The translations under genes were made by a program, and so were the position numbers. This document shows, piece by piece, positions 16,513 through 25,448 of a stretch of 32,000 nucleotides of DNA (positions are counted from its first letter, which is position 1; each line of letters opens with the position of its first letter). Under the pieces are notes generated by a model that ran no database searches, was not told the origin of the DNA, and worked only from the letters and a program-made list of their open reading frames with translations. Source of the DNA: Ignicoccus islandicus DSM 13165 (GTDB taxonomy: Archaea > Thermoproteota > Thermoprotei_A > Sulfolobales > Ignicoccaceae); assembly GCF_001481685.1 (NCBI RefSeq), contig NZ_CP006867.1:570001-602000 (forward strand). The letters run 5' to 3'.

Positions 16513-17286
16513 TTATAGTTTATTTATAATCGAGTGTTCGCGTTTAACTTCAAATTTAACTCCCTCTTTGAAGAGCTGTTGTAATCTCTGGGCAACCTTC
16601 TTAATTATTATATTAGAAGATTCTGGATTTGATATTCCATATGTAATTTCATATTCAACGGAGTTTGTAGTAATGGTTCTTATCCTAAACCTTGGTGGTA
16701 CTATTGCATGTCTTTTCGTAAAATTAACTACCTCTTGAACCGCCTTATTTAAACTTTCGATATCATCCAATTTTTCTAAGTATAGCTTAATCACAATAGT
16801 CAGTGGTAACGCCTTAGCTGGTATTCTTATGGGTTCCGATGCAACTAGCTTATTAGGTATCCTTATTATTTCCCCTTGTTCCCCGCTTAGCTCTACGTAC
16901 AAAGGAGTAAGCCTCCTTATCCATCCACGAATGCCTCTAGTCATAATTACGTACTCGCCGTGTGATATGGCTTTAGTAACCACTAGGAAGTGATAATACA
17001 TCGCAGATTCGATTATATCTTTTGATATCAGGCTGAAGATTACAAGAATTGTAATCAACAGTAGAGCTAACATATCTATATTAATGAGAACTACCACTAA
17101 TCCGAATATGCCCAGGCCTATAAACAACCATTTTAACATAACTTCTAATTCGTGCGTAGTTCCGTGTGGGATTACCTTTTTCGATCTCAATTCTCCAAGT
17201 AATTTCGAGGATATTAAGTAGTATAGGGTAATTACCCCAATAAAGTAAATTACTCCTATCAATAGGTTTTCCATCATCACTTCCAT
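16513..17286 (-). CDS. Small-conductance mechanosensitive channel (MscS-like)
   Basis: Three N-terminal TM helices, then the MscS beta-domain pattern GEYVIMTRGIRGWIRRLTPLYVELSGEQGEIIRIPNKLVASEPIRI and an alpha/beta C-domain. ATG 17286 overlaps the RCK gene stop (TGATG). Confidence 0.75.
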   Translation of the reverse strand: MEVMMENLLIGVIYFIGVITLYYLISSKLLGELRSKKVIPHGTTHELEVMLKWLFIGLGIFGLVVVLINIDMLALLLITILVIFSLISKDIIESAMYYHFLVVTKAISHGEYVIMTRGIRGWIRRLTPLYVELSGEQGEIIRIPNKLVASEPIRIPAKALPLTIVIKLYLEKLDDIESLNKAVQEVVNFTKRHAIVPPRFRIRTITTNSVEYEITYGISNPESSNIIIKKVAQRLQQLFKEGVKFEVKREHSIINKL

Positions 17287-17948
17287 CACCTAATGACACC
17301 TTCCACTATCTGCTCTTCGCCAGCGGGAACCAATAATATTAGGATGTAGTTCTCTTCAATTATTACATTATCTTCAGGTTCAATAAATTTCTCTCCATCA
17401 AAAATTGCCAGAATCATTGATTCCTTTGGCAATTCCTTTTTCAATTCTCCTACTTTCATTCCCACTGCCTTATCGCCTGGACTTATAGCGATAGTGTATA
17501 TGCTATACTCTCCGCTTAGAGTTTTTATTACAGGGAGCAGTGAATACTGACCTTCTACGTAACTCTCTACTATCTTCGCCGATATTACAGAGGACGGAAT
17601 TACTATCGTTGCGAAACCCAGAGTTGAAATCAAATGTGCCGCTTCTTGAGTCCTAGTTATAACTATTATCTTGTTTATACCATACTCATGTGCTACTGCC
17701 GCCACGAAGAGGTTTACTTCGTCCCTATCAGTGGTAGCTATAACCATATCAAATGTCTCCAGTTCTATCTCTTCGTATAATTTTGGATCAGTCGCATCCC
17801 TATTATAGACCGAAACGTCTGCTTCTCTTGAGAGTATTTCACATTTGTGTTTATCTTTATCTATCGCAACAACGTCGTGACCTCTCATACTTAACGTACT
17901 TGCTATATGTCTCCCTATTTCGCCTATTCCAATAACGAGTATTTTCAT
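17286..17948 (-). CDS. TrkA-like RCK protein (TrkA-N NAD-binding plus TrkA-C domain)
   Basis: MKILVIGIGEIGRHIASTLSMRGHDVVAIDKD is a GxGxxG Rossmann motif with the acidic residue at the end of beta-2. The C-terminal half resembles TrkA-C (VGMKVGELKKELPKESMILAIFDGEKFIEPEDNVIIEENYILILL). Confidence 0.8.
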   Translation of the reverse strand: MKILVIGIGEIGRHIASTLSMRGHDVVAIDKDKHKCEILSREADVSVYNRDATDPKLYEEIELETFDMVIATTDRDEVNLFVAAVAHEYGINKIIVITRTQEAAHLISTLGFATIVIPSSVISAKIVESYVEGQYSLLPVIKTLSGEYSIYTIAISPGDKAVGMKVGELKKELPKESMILAIFDGEKFIEPEDNVIIEENYILILLVPAGEEQIVEGVIR

Positions 17949-18262
17949 CTGACTACCACGCTCCTAATATATATCAACGACATCAAGGACGCACCGAGAA
18001 GGTATGGATAAGGTGAGAACAGGAATTCCCATCCTTCTTCTTTAACCATTAACGCTACCATTAGATGTGACATTATAATTGGAATAAGCCAAATAGGCAT
18101 AGTGGATGCATATGCATAAAGTGGTAATAAAGAACCCGTAGCGAAAGTGAGCGCAAATAGGTCCTTTCTTCGTAGCTTGTTCTCAAGTATTATTTCGAGT
18201 ATTGGGGCCGTAGCATATAGGTAAAGCAACTCGGCTACGACCAAGGGTTTCCAAAGGTCCAT
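17945..18262 (-). CDS. Small integral membrane protein (105 aa), function unknown
   Basis: Three to four hydrophobic helices. Its stop overlaps the RCK gene start (ATGA), implying co-translation. Confidence 0.55.
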   Translation of the reverse strand: MDLWKPLVVAELLYLYATAPILEIILENKLRRKDLFALTFATGSLLPLYAYASTMPIWLIPIIMSHLMVALMVKEEGWEFLFSPYPYLLGASLMSLIYIRSVVVR

Positions 18263-18306
18263 TCTTCTGTTCCGTTCGCACGCTCTACCGCGATGTTTTA
18301 TAACGA

Positions 18307-19002
18307 TTACGTATCAAGATTTATCTGAGTGACCTTTCCCCGAGCGGGCAATGCCACATTGAATATCGTTAAATCTCCTATTTTTGCAAAACTAACGCGA
18401 CCCCTATGAACGTGACCATGGATAGCTATCTTTACCCCTTCTTCTAGTAAAACCTTTTCTATTCGGGGATCGCCTAAGTAGGGCCATATTTGTCTTCTCT
18501 CACCTATTAGTGTTCTCCATGTTGGAGCATAGTGACTCAAATATATTACATTTTCACATTCTTTCCGAGCCTCGTTAATTAGTTCTCTAATTATATATGG
18601 CTTTCTTTTATATTCTTCTTCAATGTTAGGTATATTCTTTCTCTGCCATGAAGTGGGTTTTACCAAAGAACCCCGAGAACCGACAATGGACAGACATTTT
18701 CCTTCAGCTTCAGTAACGGTATACTCATCGTTTAACCAAGTTATCTCAGGATAGCGTGCTCTAAACTCGTTTTCAAGTTCCCTATACTCTTCGTTACCGA
18801 AAACTGACACTATTTTTCGGACCTCGATGTATTTGTACAAGGTTTCCAATAACAATTTAAGATTAGGTACATTGGATCGTTCAACTAAATCGCCTGCCAT
18901 TAGAACGAGGTCTATCTTTTTGCCACTGTAATCTCTTATAGATCTTTCCAAAAGGGCTAAGTAGCGAGGTACGTGAACATCCGAAAACGCTATCACCGTC
19001 AA
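18307..19002 (-). CDS. Calcineurin-like metallophosphoesterase
   Basis: Motifs appear in the canonical order: FSDVHVP (DxH), AGDLV (GD), FGNEE (GNHE-like), LSHYAP, HGHVHRG (GHxH). Confidence 0.8.
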   Translation of the reverse strand: MTVIAFSDVHVPRYLALLERSIRDYSGKKIDLVLMAGDLVERSNVPNLKLLLETLYKYIEVRKIVSVFGNEEYRELENEFRARYPEITWLNDEYTVTEAEGKCLSIVGSRGSLVKPTSWQRKNIPNIEEEYKRKPYIIRELINEARKECENVIYLSHYAPTWRTLIGERRQIWPYLGDPRIEKVLLEEGVKIAIHGHVHRGRVSFAKIGDLTIFNVALPARGKVTQINLDT

Positions 19003-19078
19003 TTATTTACCCTACCATTTAACCCAAGCGTCCAAATTTTAGAGGTGCTTTCGGAATAGCGAGCATGGTAGGAGAACT

Positions 19079-19540
19079 ATGGTTATCATAATGCTAATGA
19101 GACATGGAAAAGCTGAGCCTAAATCTGAATCGAAACCAGATGAGGAGAGAGGGCTAACGGAAGAGGGACGAAGGGAAATCAAGGCCGTAGCCAAGTGCCT
19201 CACGAGACCATCAATTATCTATACCTCCCCCTTAAAAAGGGCGATGGAAACGGCAAGCATTATAGCTGAATTTTTCAAAAACGTGCGAGTGGAGAAAGCG
19301 GACTTCCTAGCACCTGGAAAACTCAATTTAGGAGTACTACTTGAAAGCGTTCATCCAGGAGCTCTGTATATATCCCACAACCCCCAGCTGGAAGAGGTTT
19401 TAGGGGAACTGAAGATAAACGTAGAAATGAAGCCAGCGAGCGTAGCTATATTAGATTTAATGAAAAGAAAACTAATAGCCTTACTAAACCCCTCTTTCTG
19501 TATTGAATGTGAGAGAGCGCTAACCGACTCGTCAGAATAA
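19079..19540 (+). CDS. Histidine phosphatase superfamily protein (SixA-like)
   Basis: LMRHGKAEP is the RHG catalytic motif. A downstream LYISHNPQLEE supplies the second catalytic His context. The true start may be one of the internal Met codons (MLMRHG). Confidence 0.7.
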   Translation: MVIIMLMRHGKAEPKSESKPDEERGLTEEGRREIKAVAKCLTRPSIIYTSPLKRAMETASIIAEFFKNVRVEKADFLAPGKLNLGVLLESVHPGALYISHNPQLEEVLGELKINVEMKPASVAILDLMKRKLIALLNPSFCIECERALTDSSE

Positions 19541-19642
19541 AGACTTTTAAATTTATTTAATTTTCATTCAACTTGCCTTAAGGACTTAAAGGTTGTTCTC
19601 TAACCCTTGATACGACTTGAAGATTTCTATATGGTGATGTAA

Positions 19643-20473
19643 GTGCCGAAAAAAGGTCCCAAGAAGAAATCTAAGAAAAGCGTTAGGAGGCGAAGTTGGA
19701 ACCCAGAGGAATACGCAAGTAAAATGGCCCCAATAGTAGCTAGAATGGTTGGTCTCGATATATTGGGTCTAAGCGATGAGCAAATGGAAGCGCTACTAAA
19801 AGATATCTTAATACAAATTATTGGAGATCGAGTAACAAAACCTAAACCGGAAACACTAGTAAACGCAATTAGAAGAGGGCAAGACAAAATATATTCCATA
19901 ATAGCTTCAAGGCTTCTAGACTCCATGGATCCGAGCTCTATAACTCCAGATCAGTTCGAATTCATATTAAGTTATATAGGACCATTTGTCATTGAATACA
20001 TTGATAAGCTAATAGATATCTCCAAGAGGCTCGATCCATCGAGAATAGATGAGATACGTCATTTATGGGAACTTGCGTGGAGTCAAAGAAACGGTGGACC
20101 AATAGGTACTTGTCCGAGGTGCGGTTTCAAAGCAGTTGGGCCAGATGGAACATGCATCGTATGTGGATACGTACTTAGCGATAAGGAACTCAAGAATTCA
20201 GTTGACTTTGAAGTTAAATTAAACAGTTTTATTCAAGAGGCGTCTTGTGAAGACCTTAAAAGGATTCTTAATAATCCTATACTCTATGTAAACGATTATT
20301 CTGTCACGATCACTAGAACGTCTCCTTGGGACGTAGAAATCCACTTAAATAAAGACGAACTTGAGAAAGTTAGGACTGAGTACGTAAAGAGATGTGAGAA
20401 GAGAAGACGCGAAACATTGGCTATACAGAAAAGCGAAGACGAAATAATAAAGGAAATCATAAGCAAGTTGTGA
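19643..20473 (+). CDS. Hypothetical protein with basic N-terminus and central zinc ribbon
   Basis: 276 aa from a GTG start. N-terminus is MPKKGPKKKSKKSVRRRS. The Cys4 ribbon is CPRCGFKAVGPDGTCIVCGY and the C-terminus is charged. Located directly upstream of nop5. Confidence 0.6.
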   Translation: MPKKGPKKKSKKSVRRRSWNPEEYASKMAPIVARMVGLDILGLSDEQMEALLKDILIQIIGDRVTKPKPETLVNAIRRGQDKIYSIIASRLLDSMDPSSITPDQFEFILSYIGPFVIEYIDKLIDISKRLDPSRIDEIRHLWELAWSQRNGGPIGTCPRCGFKAVGPDGTCIVCGYVLSDKELKNSVDFEVKLNSFIQEASCEDLKRILNNPILYVNDYSVTITRTSPWDVEIHLNKDELEKVRTEYVKRCEKRRRETLAIQKSEDEIIKEIISKL

Positions 20474-20509
20474 TACGAAATAAAAATCGCGAGAAAGCAG
20501 TTACTACAC

Positions 20510-20517
20510 TATATAAA
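20510..20517 (+). promoter_or_regulatory. Candidate TATA box for nop5
   Basis: TATATAAA lies about 36-43 nt upstream of the TTG start at 20553, consistent with a short-leader archaeal promoter. Confidence 0.35.
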
Positions 20518-20552
20518 GGGGTAATAGCGGCTTCTGGTATAGGGACTAGAAC

Positions 20553-21845
20553 TTGAAGTGGCTCGTTCAGCACACCGCTGGCGCGTTTCTAGTAAATGAA
20601 AACAATGAAATAGAGAGATTTGAACCGCCGCTGAAGGACTTGAATGAGGCGGTAAACAATGCTCTATTAATAGAAGGATGGCAAGGAAAGGGAAGTGTAG
20701 TTGGGCCTGTAGGCCTAGCAACTTGGACAAGGAGGCTCTTGGAAGAGTTAAAGAAAGAGGGTTTCAAGGACACCTTAGTATTCGAAACAGATCTTGAATC
20801 TAGGTTAGCTTCTGAAATGGGCTTCGATGTAAAAGTTGAGCCAGCAAATGAGAAAGCTCGTTTCGTTCGCGAAAAGATTTCCAATATAGTAGTTGATTAC
20901 GGAATTTTTGACACAAAAGAGGAATTCTATGAGTGGTTACATCGAGTAACGATAGAAGTAGTTAGAAGGAAGCTTAGGAGTGTGGCCGAAAAGAGAGACC
21001 AGTTAGCAATTCATGCTGTAAGGACCATTGACGACATAGACAAAATAACGAACTTGTTAATGGCAAGATTACGAGAATGGTATAGCTTACACTTCCCGGA
21101 ACTAGATGACCTAATAAAAGATCACGAAACCTATGCTAAAATAGTTAGAACTTTTGGGAATAGAGATAACATAACGCTAGAAGGTCTGCTAGAGATGGGA
21201 TTAAGCGAGGAACTAGCCAAGAGGATATTAGAGGCTGCGAAGAGAAGCACCGGTGCTGACTTAACAGAGAGGGATATTGAAGAACTCGTCAAACTAGCTT
21301 CAATTATTGACAACATGTACTCCTTAAGACGAGACTTAACTGAATACATAGACTATATAATGAGAGATGTTGCACCAAACGTAAGCGCTTTAGTGGGTCC
21401 CGTTCTAGGTGCTAGACTCCTATCCTTAGCCGGAAGCCTAGAGCAATTAGCGAAGATGCCAGCCTCTACAATACAAGTACTGGGAGCAGAAAAGGCCTTA
21501 TTTAGAGCCCTTAGGACCGGTGGAAAACCACCGAAACACGGAGTTATATTCCAGTATCCCGAGATACATAGATCACCTAAATGGCAAAGAGGTAAAATAG
21601 CTAGGGCGCTAGCATCCAAGTTAGCGATAGCCGCTAGAACTGACTACTTCACCGGGAGGGACATAAGTGATAAGCTAAGAGAAGAACTGAGAGAGAGGAT
21701 CGAAGAGATAAAGAGGGTATATGCGAAACCACCTAAGAGAGAAGCGAAAGAGGAAAAGAAGGCACCACCGGCTAGAAGACCTCCTCGTAAAGGTGGTGCT
21801 CGTCGTAAGTTTAAGAAGGGAGGAAAAGGAAGGAAGAGAAAGTAG
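20553..21845 (+). CDS. nop5: C/D box sRNP core protein Nop5 (Nop56/58)
   Basis: The Nop domain is unmistakable: LREWYSLHFPEL and GARLLSLAGSLEQLAKMPASTIQVLGAEKALFRALRTGGKPPKHGVIFQYPEI. It ends in a Lys/Arg-rich C-terminal tail. Confidence 0.9.
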   Translation: MKWLVQHTAGAFLVNENNEIERFEPPLKDLNEAVNNALLIEGWQGKGSVVGPVGLATWTRRLLEELKKEGFKDTLVFETDLESRLASEMGFDVKVEPANEKARFVREKISNIVVDYGIFDTKEEFYEWLHRVTIEVVRRKLRSVAEKRDQLAIHAVRTIDDIDKITNLLMARLREWYSLHFPELDDLIKDHETYAKIVRTFGNRDNITLEGLLEMGLSEELAKRILEAAKRSTGADLTERDIEELVKLASIIDNMYSLRRDLTEYIDYIMRDVAPNVSALVGPVLGARLLSLAGSLEQLAKMPASTIQVLGAEKALFRALRTGGKPPKHGVIFQYPEIHRSPKWQRGKIARALASKLAIAARTDYFTGRDISDKLREELRERIEEIKRVYAKPPKREAKEEKKAPPARRPPRKGGARRKFKKGGKGRKRK

Positions 21846-21962
21846 CCTTAACGGACCCATTTTCATTTTATTATTAATGGATAGATCGTTTTGTATGAGC
21901 GTTACTCCATTGTGAAACACTATAAACGCCATCGTTCTTAATAAACGCTCGGTGGTACTCGA

Positions 21963-23129
21963 ATGACAATCAAAGTAGGTATATTCGGATCTGGTCTAGT
22001 TTCTATGCATTACATAACAGGATTATACAGATTACGTGAAGGCACACTGAAGCCTTATGGTGTACCTTTTGCTGATTTCAAACTCCCATATAACTTTACT
22101 GATGAAGAAGTGGTAACAGTATACGATGTAGACGAAGATAAAGTTGGTCATGAACTACGTGAAGTTATTAAAAGGAACATTAACGTTGATGTTCCGATTC
22201 CTGACTCAATACCGCAGCTAAAGATTAAGAAGGGGATTTTAGGGGGGTCAAGTGCAGGCCTAGACAAGATTTTCAAACCGATAGGATTAGACCAAGAAAT
22301 CGGTCTAGAGGATGCCATTGAGGAGATAACAAGAGACTTAAAGAGATCGTCAGTTGACGTCGTTCTAAACTTAATATCTACAGAAAACGTTGAGGACGTT
22401 AAGTCTGTGGAGGACTTGAAAAGTAGAATTAAGGAAGGTAGGTTAAGTGCTTCCCAAGCATATGCATTCGCCACGTACCTAGCAGCAATAGATTCTAAAA
22501 AGCCAATTGCGTTCGTAAACTTCATACCGTCACCTCTAGCTAACAGTGACGTATTTGTTGAACTATACAAAGAGGCTAGTTCTGTAATATTAGGAGATGA
22601 TGGAGCTACCGGGGCCACACCATTGACTGCTGATTTGTTAGAGCACTTAAAGGAGAGGAATAGATATGTTAGATATATAGTTCAATTTAATATAGGCGGT
22701 AATACTGACTTCTTAGCTCTTTCAATACCCGAAAGGAACTTAATGAAGGAGAAAACGAAATCAAGTATTGTTAAGGATATATTGGGTTACGATGCTCCTC
22801 ACTACATTAAACCTACAGGATATATTAAGGAAATAGGAGATAGGAAGTTTGTTTCAATGGATATCGAATGGATAACCTTCAATGGTCTGATAGACGAATT
22901 GATAGTGAATATGAGGATAAACGATTCTCCCGCATTAGCCGGCTTAGCGGTGGATGCAGTAAGAATTAGTAAAGCTTTATTAGATAAGGGCGAACGAGGA
23001 ACCGTATACGAATTCAATGCATTCTTCATGAAGAACCCGGGTCCGAAGCACATGCCCAACATTTCAAGAATACGTGCCTATTACAACTTACTAGAATATT
23101 TGAAGAAACGCGAAATTCTTATGAATTAA
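21963..23129 (+). CDS. myo-Inositol-1-phosphate synthase (archaeal type)
   Basis: 388 aa. N-terminal Rossmann segment IKVGIFGSGLVSMHYITG. Overall length and the pattern NFIPSPLAN...GDDGATGATPLTADLL...GGNTDFLAL fit archaeal MIPS. Confidence 0.7.
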   Translation: MTIKVGIFGSGLVSMHYITGLYRLREGTLKPYGVPFADFKLPYNFTDEEVVTVYDVDEDKVGHELREVIKRNINVDVPIPDSIPQLKIKKGILGGSSAGLDKIFKPIGLDQEIGLEDAIEEITRDLKRSSVDVVLNLISTENVEDVKSVEDLKSRIKEGRLSASQAYAFATYLAAIDSKKPIAFVNFIPSPLANSDVFVELYKEASSVILGDDGATGATPLTADLLEHLKERNRYVRYIVQFNIGGNTDFLALSIPERNLMKEKTKSSIVKDILGYDAPHYIKPTGYIKEIGDRKFVSMDIEWITFNGLIDELIVNMRINDSPALAGLAVDAVRISKALLDKGERGTVYEFNAFFMKNPGPKHMPNISRIRAYYNLLEYLKKREILMN

Positions 23130-23135
23130 TAGCTC

Positions 23136-23140
23136 TTTTT
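23136..23140 (+). terminator. Oligo-T tract after the MIPS stop
   Basis: TTTTT occurs 7 nt after TAA 23127-23129. Archaeal transcription termination commonly uses short T tracts. Confidence 0.3.
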
Positions 23141-23214
23141 AAGTAGAGGTTATCGTCACGGATTTCGAAATTTTTGTACCTTCTAAGTAAGGGGCTTAAT
23201 GGGTCTCTGACGTC

Positions 23215-24264
23215 ATGGGTCTTGAAACGGTCGAAGAAACTTTGGTAAGAAAGATCTTAAACTCATACAAGTCTCTACGGGGAATAAGAAAGAAGAAGAA
23301 AGTTCCAAATGTATTTGAACGCATAGGTTACGTAACTGCTTCTCAAATCTCCGTCACAAACTATCCAAGAAGACCTTTAACTGCATTTAATCCATCTCTA
23401 ATTTCTAAGAATAACGAAGTTCACCTCTTTATTCGTCTAATCTTTGATTACTACGATTACGTTTCGTCCATAGGGTATAGTAAAATAAAAATTAATGAAG
23501 TAGAGGCGCTTCCTCAACTGAATCTCAACACAAAGCTAGTTTTATATCCATCTACGCCTAATGAAATCAAAAGAGGGACTGAAGATCCGAGAGCACATGA
23601 ATACTTCAATGACTTCTTAATATTTTATACAGCAGTCGGATTAAGAGATGGTAGCTTATGGCCAAAGCAAGGTTATGCTATAATCGATTCAACATCCTTA
23701 GAAGTAACCAAAAAGGGCGTCTTATACCTCTCAGATGGCGTTTCAGACTATCAACTACCTTCTTGGAAGAACACAATAGCTCTCAAGTATAGTAGTAAGA
23801 CAGTAAACATATTAACTAGGCCTCTTGTCGCCGGCCACGAAGTAATATGGCGAGGTGTGCTGGAAACTGACGAGGAGGCATGGAGATTAAATTACAAAAA
23901 TATGGACGTTTTTATGGTTAATGAGTCGTGGGAAGTAAAAGTTGGAGTTTCAACGCCACCAGTTAGAATAGGGTCGGACGAATACCTTATAGGATGGCAC
24001 GGAATAGATCAAAACTTAATATATTCAAACGGTATCGCTGTGGTAAATTCGCAAGGTGAGTTATTAGGAATAAGCGATTACTTACTGTGGCCTTCAACAA
24101 TAGAAGAATTGTATGGAGATAGACCTATGGTTATATATGGTTCGGGATTGTTGAAAAGAGGAAACGAAATTTTCTGGATAGGTGGGGTTGCTGATTACGC
24201 AATAGGTATTTACAAAGCAGATCTAGATATCATCCTTGAAAACGTACGGTGGTTGAGGGGATAA
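23215..24264 (+). CDS. GH130/DUF377-like beta-propeller glycosidase or mannoside phosphorylase-like protein
   Basis: 349 aa. FNPSLI near the N-terminus, RGTEDPRAHEY (the G-x-EDPR motif) and a later GWHGI fit the PH1107-related glycosidase / GH130 fold family. Confidence 0.55.
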   Translation: MGLETVEETLVRKILNSYKSLRGIRKKKKVPNVFERIGYVTASQISVTNYPRRPLTAFNPSLISKNNEVHLFIRLIFDYYDYVSSIGYSKIKINEVEALPQLNLNTKLVLYPSTPNEIKRGTEDPRAHEYFNDFLIFYTAVGLRDGSLWPKQGYAIIDSTSLEVTKKGVLYLSDGVSDYQLPSWKNTIALKYSSKTVNILTRPLVAGHEVIWRGVLETDEEAWRLNYKNMDVFMVNESWEVKVGVSTPPVRIGSDEYLIGWHGIDQNLIYSNGIAVVNSQGELLGISDYLLWPSTIEELYGDRPMVIYGSGLLKRGNEIFWIGGVADYAIGIYKADLDIILENVRWLRG

Positions 24265-24268
24265 CGCT

Positions 24269-25396
24269 TTGAAACCAATAGAAGGAGTAGTGCTTCGCGA
24301 TCCTGATGTAAATAAATCGGATATTGCATCTATAGTTGAAAAAAGCTTAAAAGGGGAGAAGCTCAACGTAGACGACATTTACGCTTTACTTAAATCGGAT
24401 GAACTGTGGGTACTGGGAAAAGTAGCTACTACTATTAAAAGAGTCCTTCATAGCGACATATGTACCTATATAAAGAATATGATTCTAAACTATACGAACA
24501 TATGTATAATTAAGTGTAAGTTCTGTGCCTTCTACAGAGACATAAATGATGGTTATACCATGAGTATTGAAGAAGCTGTCAAGAAGGTTTATGCGTATTG
24601 GCAAAAATATGGTATAAGACAAGTTCTAATACAAGGCGGTGTGAATCCACTTCTTGGAATCGAGTACTATGAAGACTTATTTAAATCTATAAAAAGAGTT
24701 ACTCGGAATAGGGTTGCAATCCACGCATTAAGCCCGGTCGAAATCGATTACCTTTCCAAGAAATATAAAATGAGTTATAGAGAGCTGCTCTCAAGATTGA
24801 AAGACTCTGGTATGGATTCCTTACCGGGCGGTGGCGCTGAATTATTAATTGAGAGAGTAAGAAGGATTCTAAGCCCTAATAAGATATCTACCGAGACATG
24901 GCTCAGAATAGTTGAAGAGGCTCACAAACTAAATATACCAACGTCTGTTACTATGATGTATGGACATATAGAAACTGTCTATGAAAGAGCAATACACCTC
25001 TATCGATTATATGAACTCAACGAAAGGGTTCCGGGTAGTCTTGCCTTTATTGCATGGAATTTCGAACCGAATAATACGGAACTTAGTCGCGAATTCGAGA
25101 TAAAATATCCTTATGGCGGCTACGAATTACTTAGGATTATCTCGACTGCACGTATAACCTTCAGGGAGGTTATCCCAAATATCCAAGCCGGATGGTTAAC
25201 AGTTGGAGAAAGAGTTGCCCAACTATCGTTTAAATTCGGTGCTAACGATTGGGGAGGAACACTCTATGAAGAGAAAGTTATTCCCTCTACTGGACTGAGG
25301 ATTCAGATTCCGACCACTCAAAGAATTGAGAATTTAATTAAAGAAGTTGGATGTACGCCCAAGGAGCGGGATAATTGGTATAGGATTGTAGATTGA
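24269..25396 (+). CDS. Radical SAM enzyme of the MqnC/MqnE/CofH family
   Basis: ILNYTNICIIKCKFCAFYRD carries the CxxxCxxC cluster in the NYTN-C context of this family. Also present: IQGGVNP, LPGGGAELL and TMMYGHIET. Subfamily cannot be resolved by eye. Confidence 0.7.
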   Translation: MKPIEGVVLRDPDVNKSDIASIVEKSLKGEKLNVDDIYALLKSDELWVLGKVATTIKRVLHSDICTYIKNMILNYTNICIIKCKFCAFYRDINDGYTMSIEEAVKKVYAYWQKYGIRQVLIQGGVNPLLGIEYYEDLFKSIKRVTRNRVAIHALSPVEIDYLSKKYKMSYRELLSRLKDSGMDSLPGGGAELLIERVRRILSPNKISTETWLRIVEEAHKLNIPTSVTMMYGHIETVYERAIHLYRLYELNERVPGSLAFIAWNFEPNNTELSREFEIKYPYGGYELLRIISTARITFREVIPNIQAGWLTVGERVAQLSFKFGANDWGGTLYEEKVIPSTGLRIQIPTTQRIENLIKEVGCTPKERDNWYRIVD

Positions 25397-25448
25397 ATAA
25401 ATGCACACTTCTAAAATCATTATTTCGATTTGAGGGGTTGGGGAAAGT

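Noticed and set aside
17081-17299. 72-aa same-strand ORF overlapping the 5' part of the MscS-like gene
   Set aside because: It is out of frame with a gene whose TM and beta-domain motifs are clear. It has no independent support.
19012-19072. 8-bp inverted repeat CCTACCAT ... ATGGTAGG, with the arms separated by about 45 nt, in the divergent promoter region between the phosphoesterase and SixA-like genes
   Set aside because: The spacer is long with no supporting inner pairing. It could be chance, and I could not link it to any known element.
19631-19642. Mini-uORF ATG GTG ATG TAA abutting the GTG start of the zinc-ribbon gene
   Set aside because: At three sense codons it is most simply a coincidence of a start-codon-rich leader. 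There is no evidence for regulatory use.
21675-21932. 85-aa minus ORF and 64-aa plus ORF (21721-21915) over the nop5 3' end
   Set aside because: They are generated by the purine-rich repeat that encodes the Lys/Arg tail of Nop5. Their products are low-complexity.
22148-22618. 156-aa ORF antisense to the inositol-1-phosphate synthase gene. Similar antisense ORFs: 849-1175, 1147-1395, 1868-2116, 2327-2551, 2633-2860, 3615-3896, 3957-4151, 5207-5533, 7965-8147, 9737-10780 series, 10903-13632 series, 14184-14516, 16057-16329, 17753-17935, 19627-19926, 20509-20884, 21131-21619, 22802-23062, 25334-25540, 26066-26320, 27224-27448, 28141-28332, 28555-28758, 29470-29892, 30005-30388, 30513-30728, 31004-31273
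   Set aside because: All lie wholly within, and antisense or out of frame to, ORFs with strong family signatures. Their translations are Ser/Thr/Leu/Phe/Ile-rich and low-complexity, as expected for the reverse frames of Lys/Glu-rich AT-biased genes.
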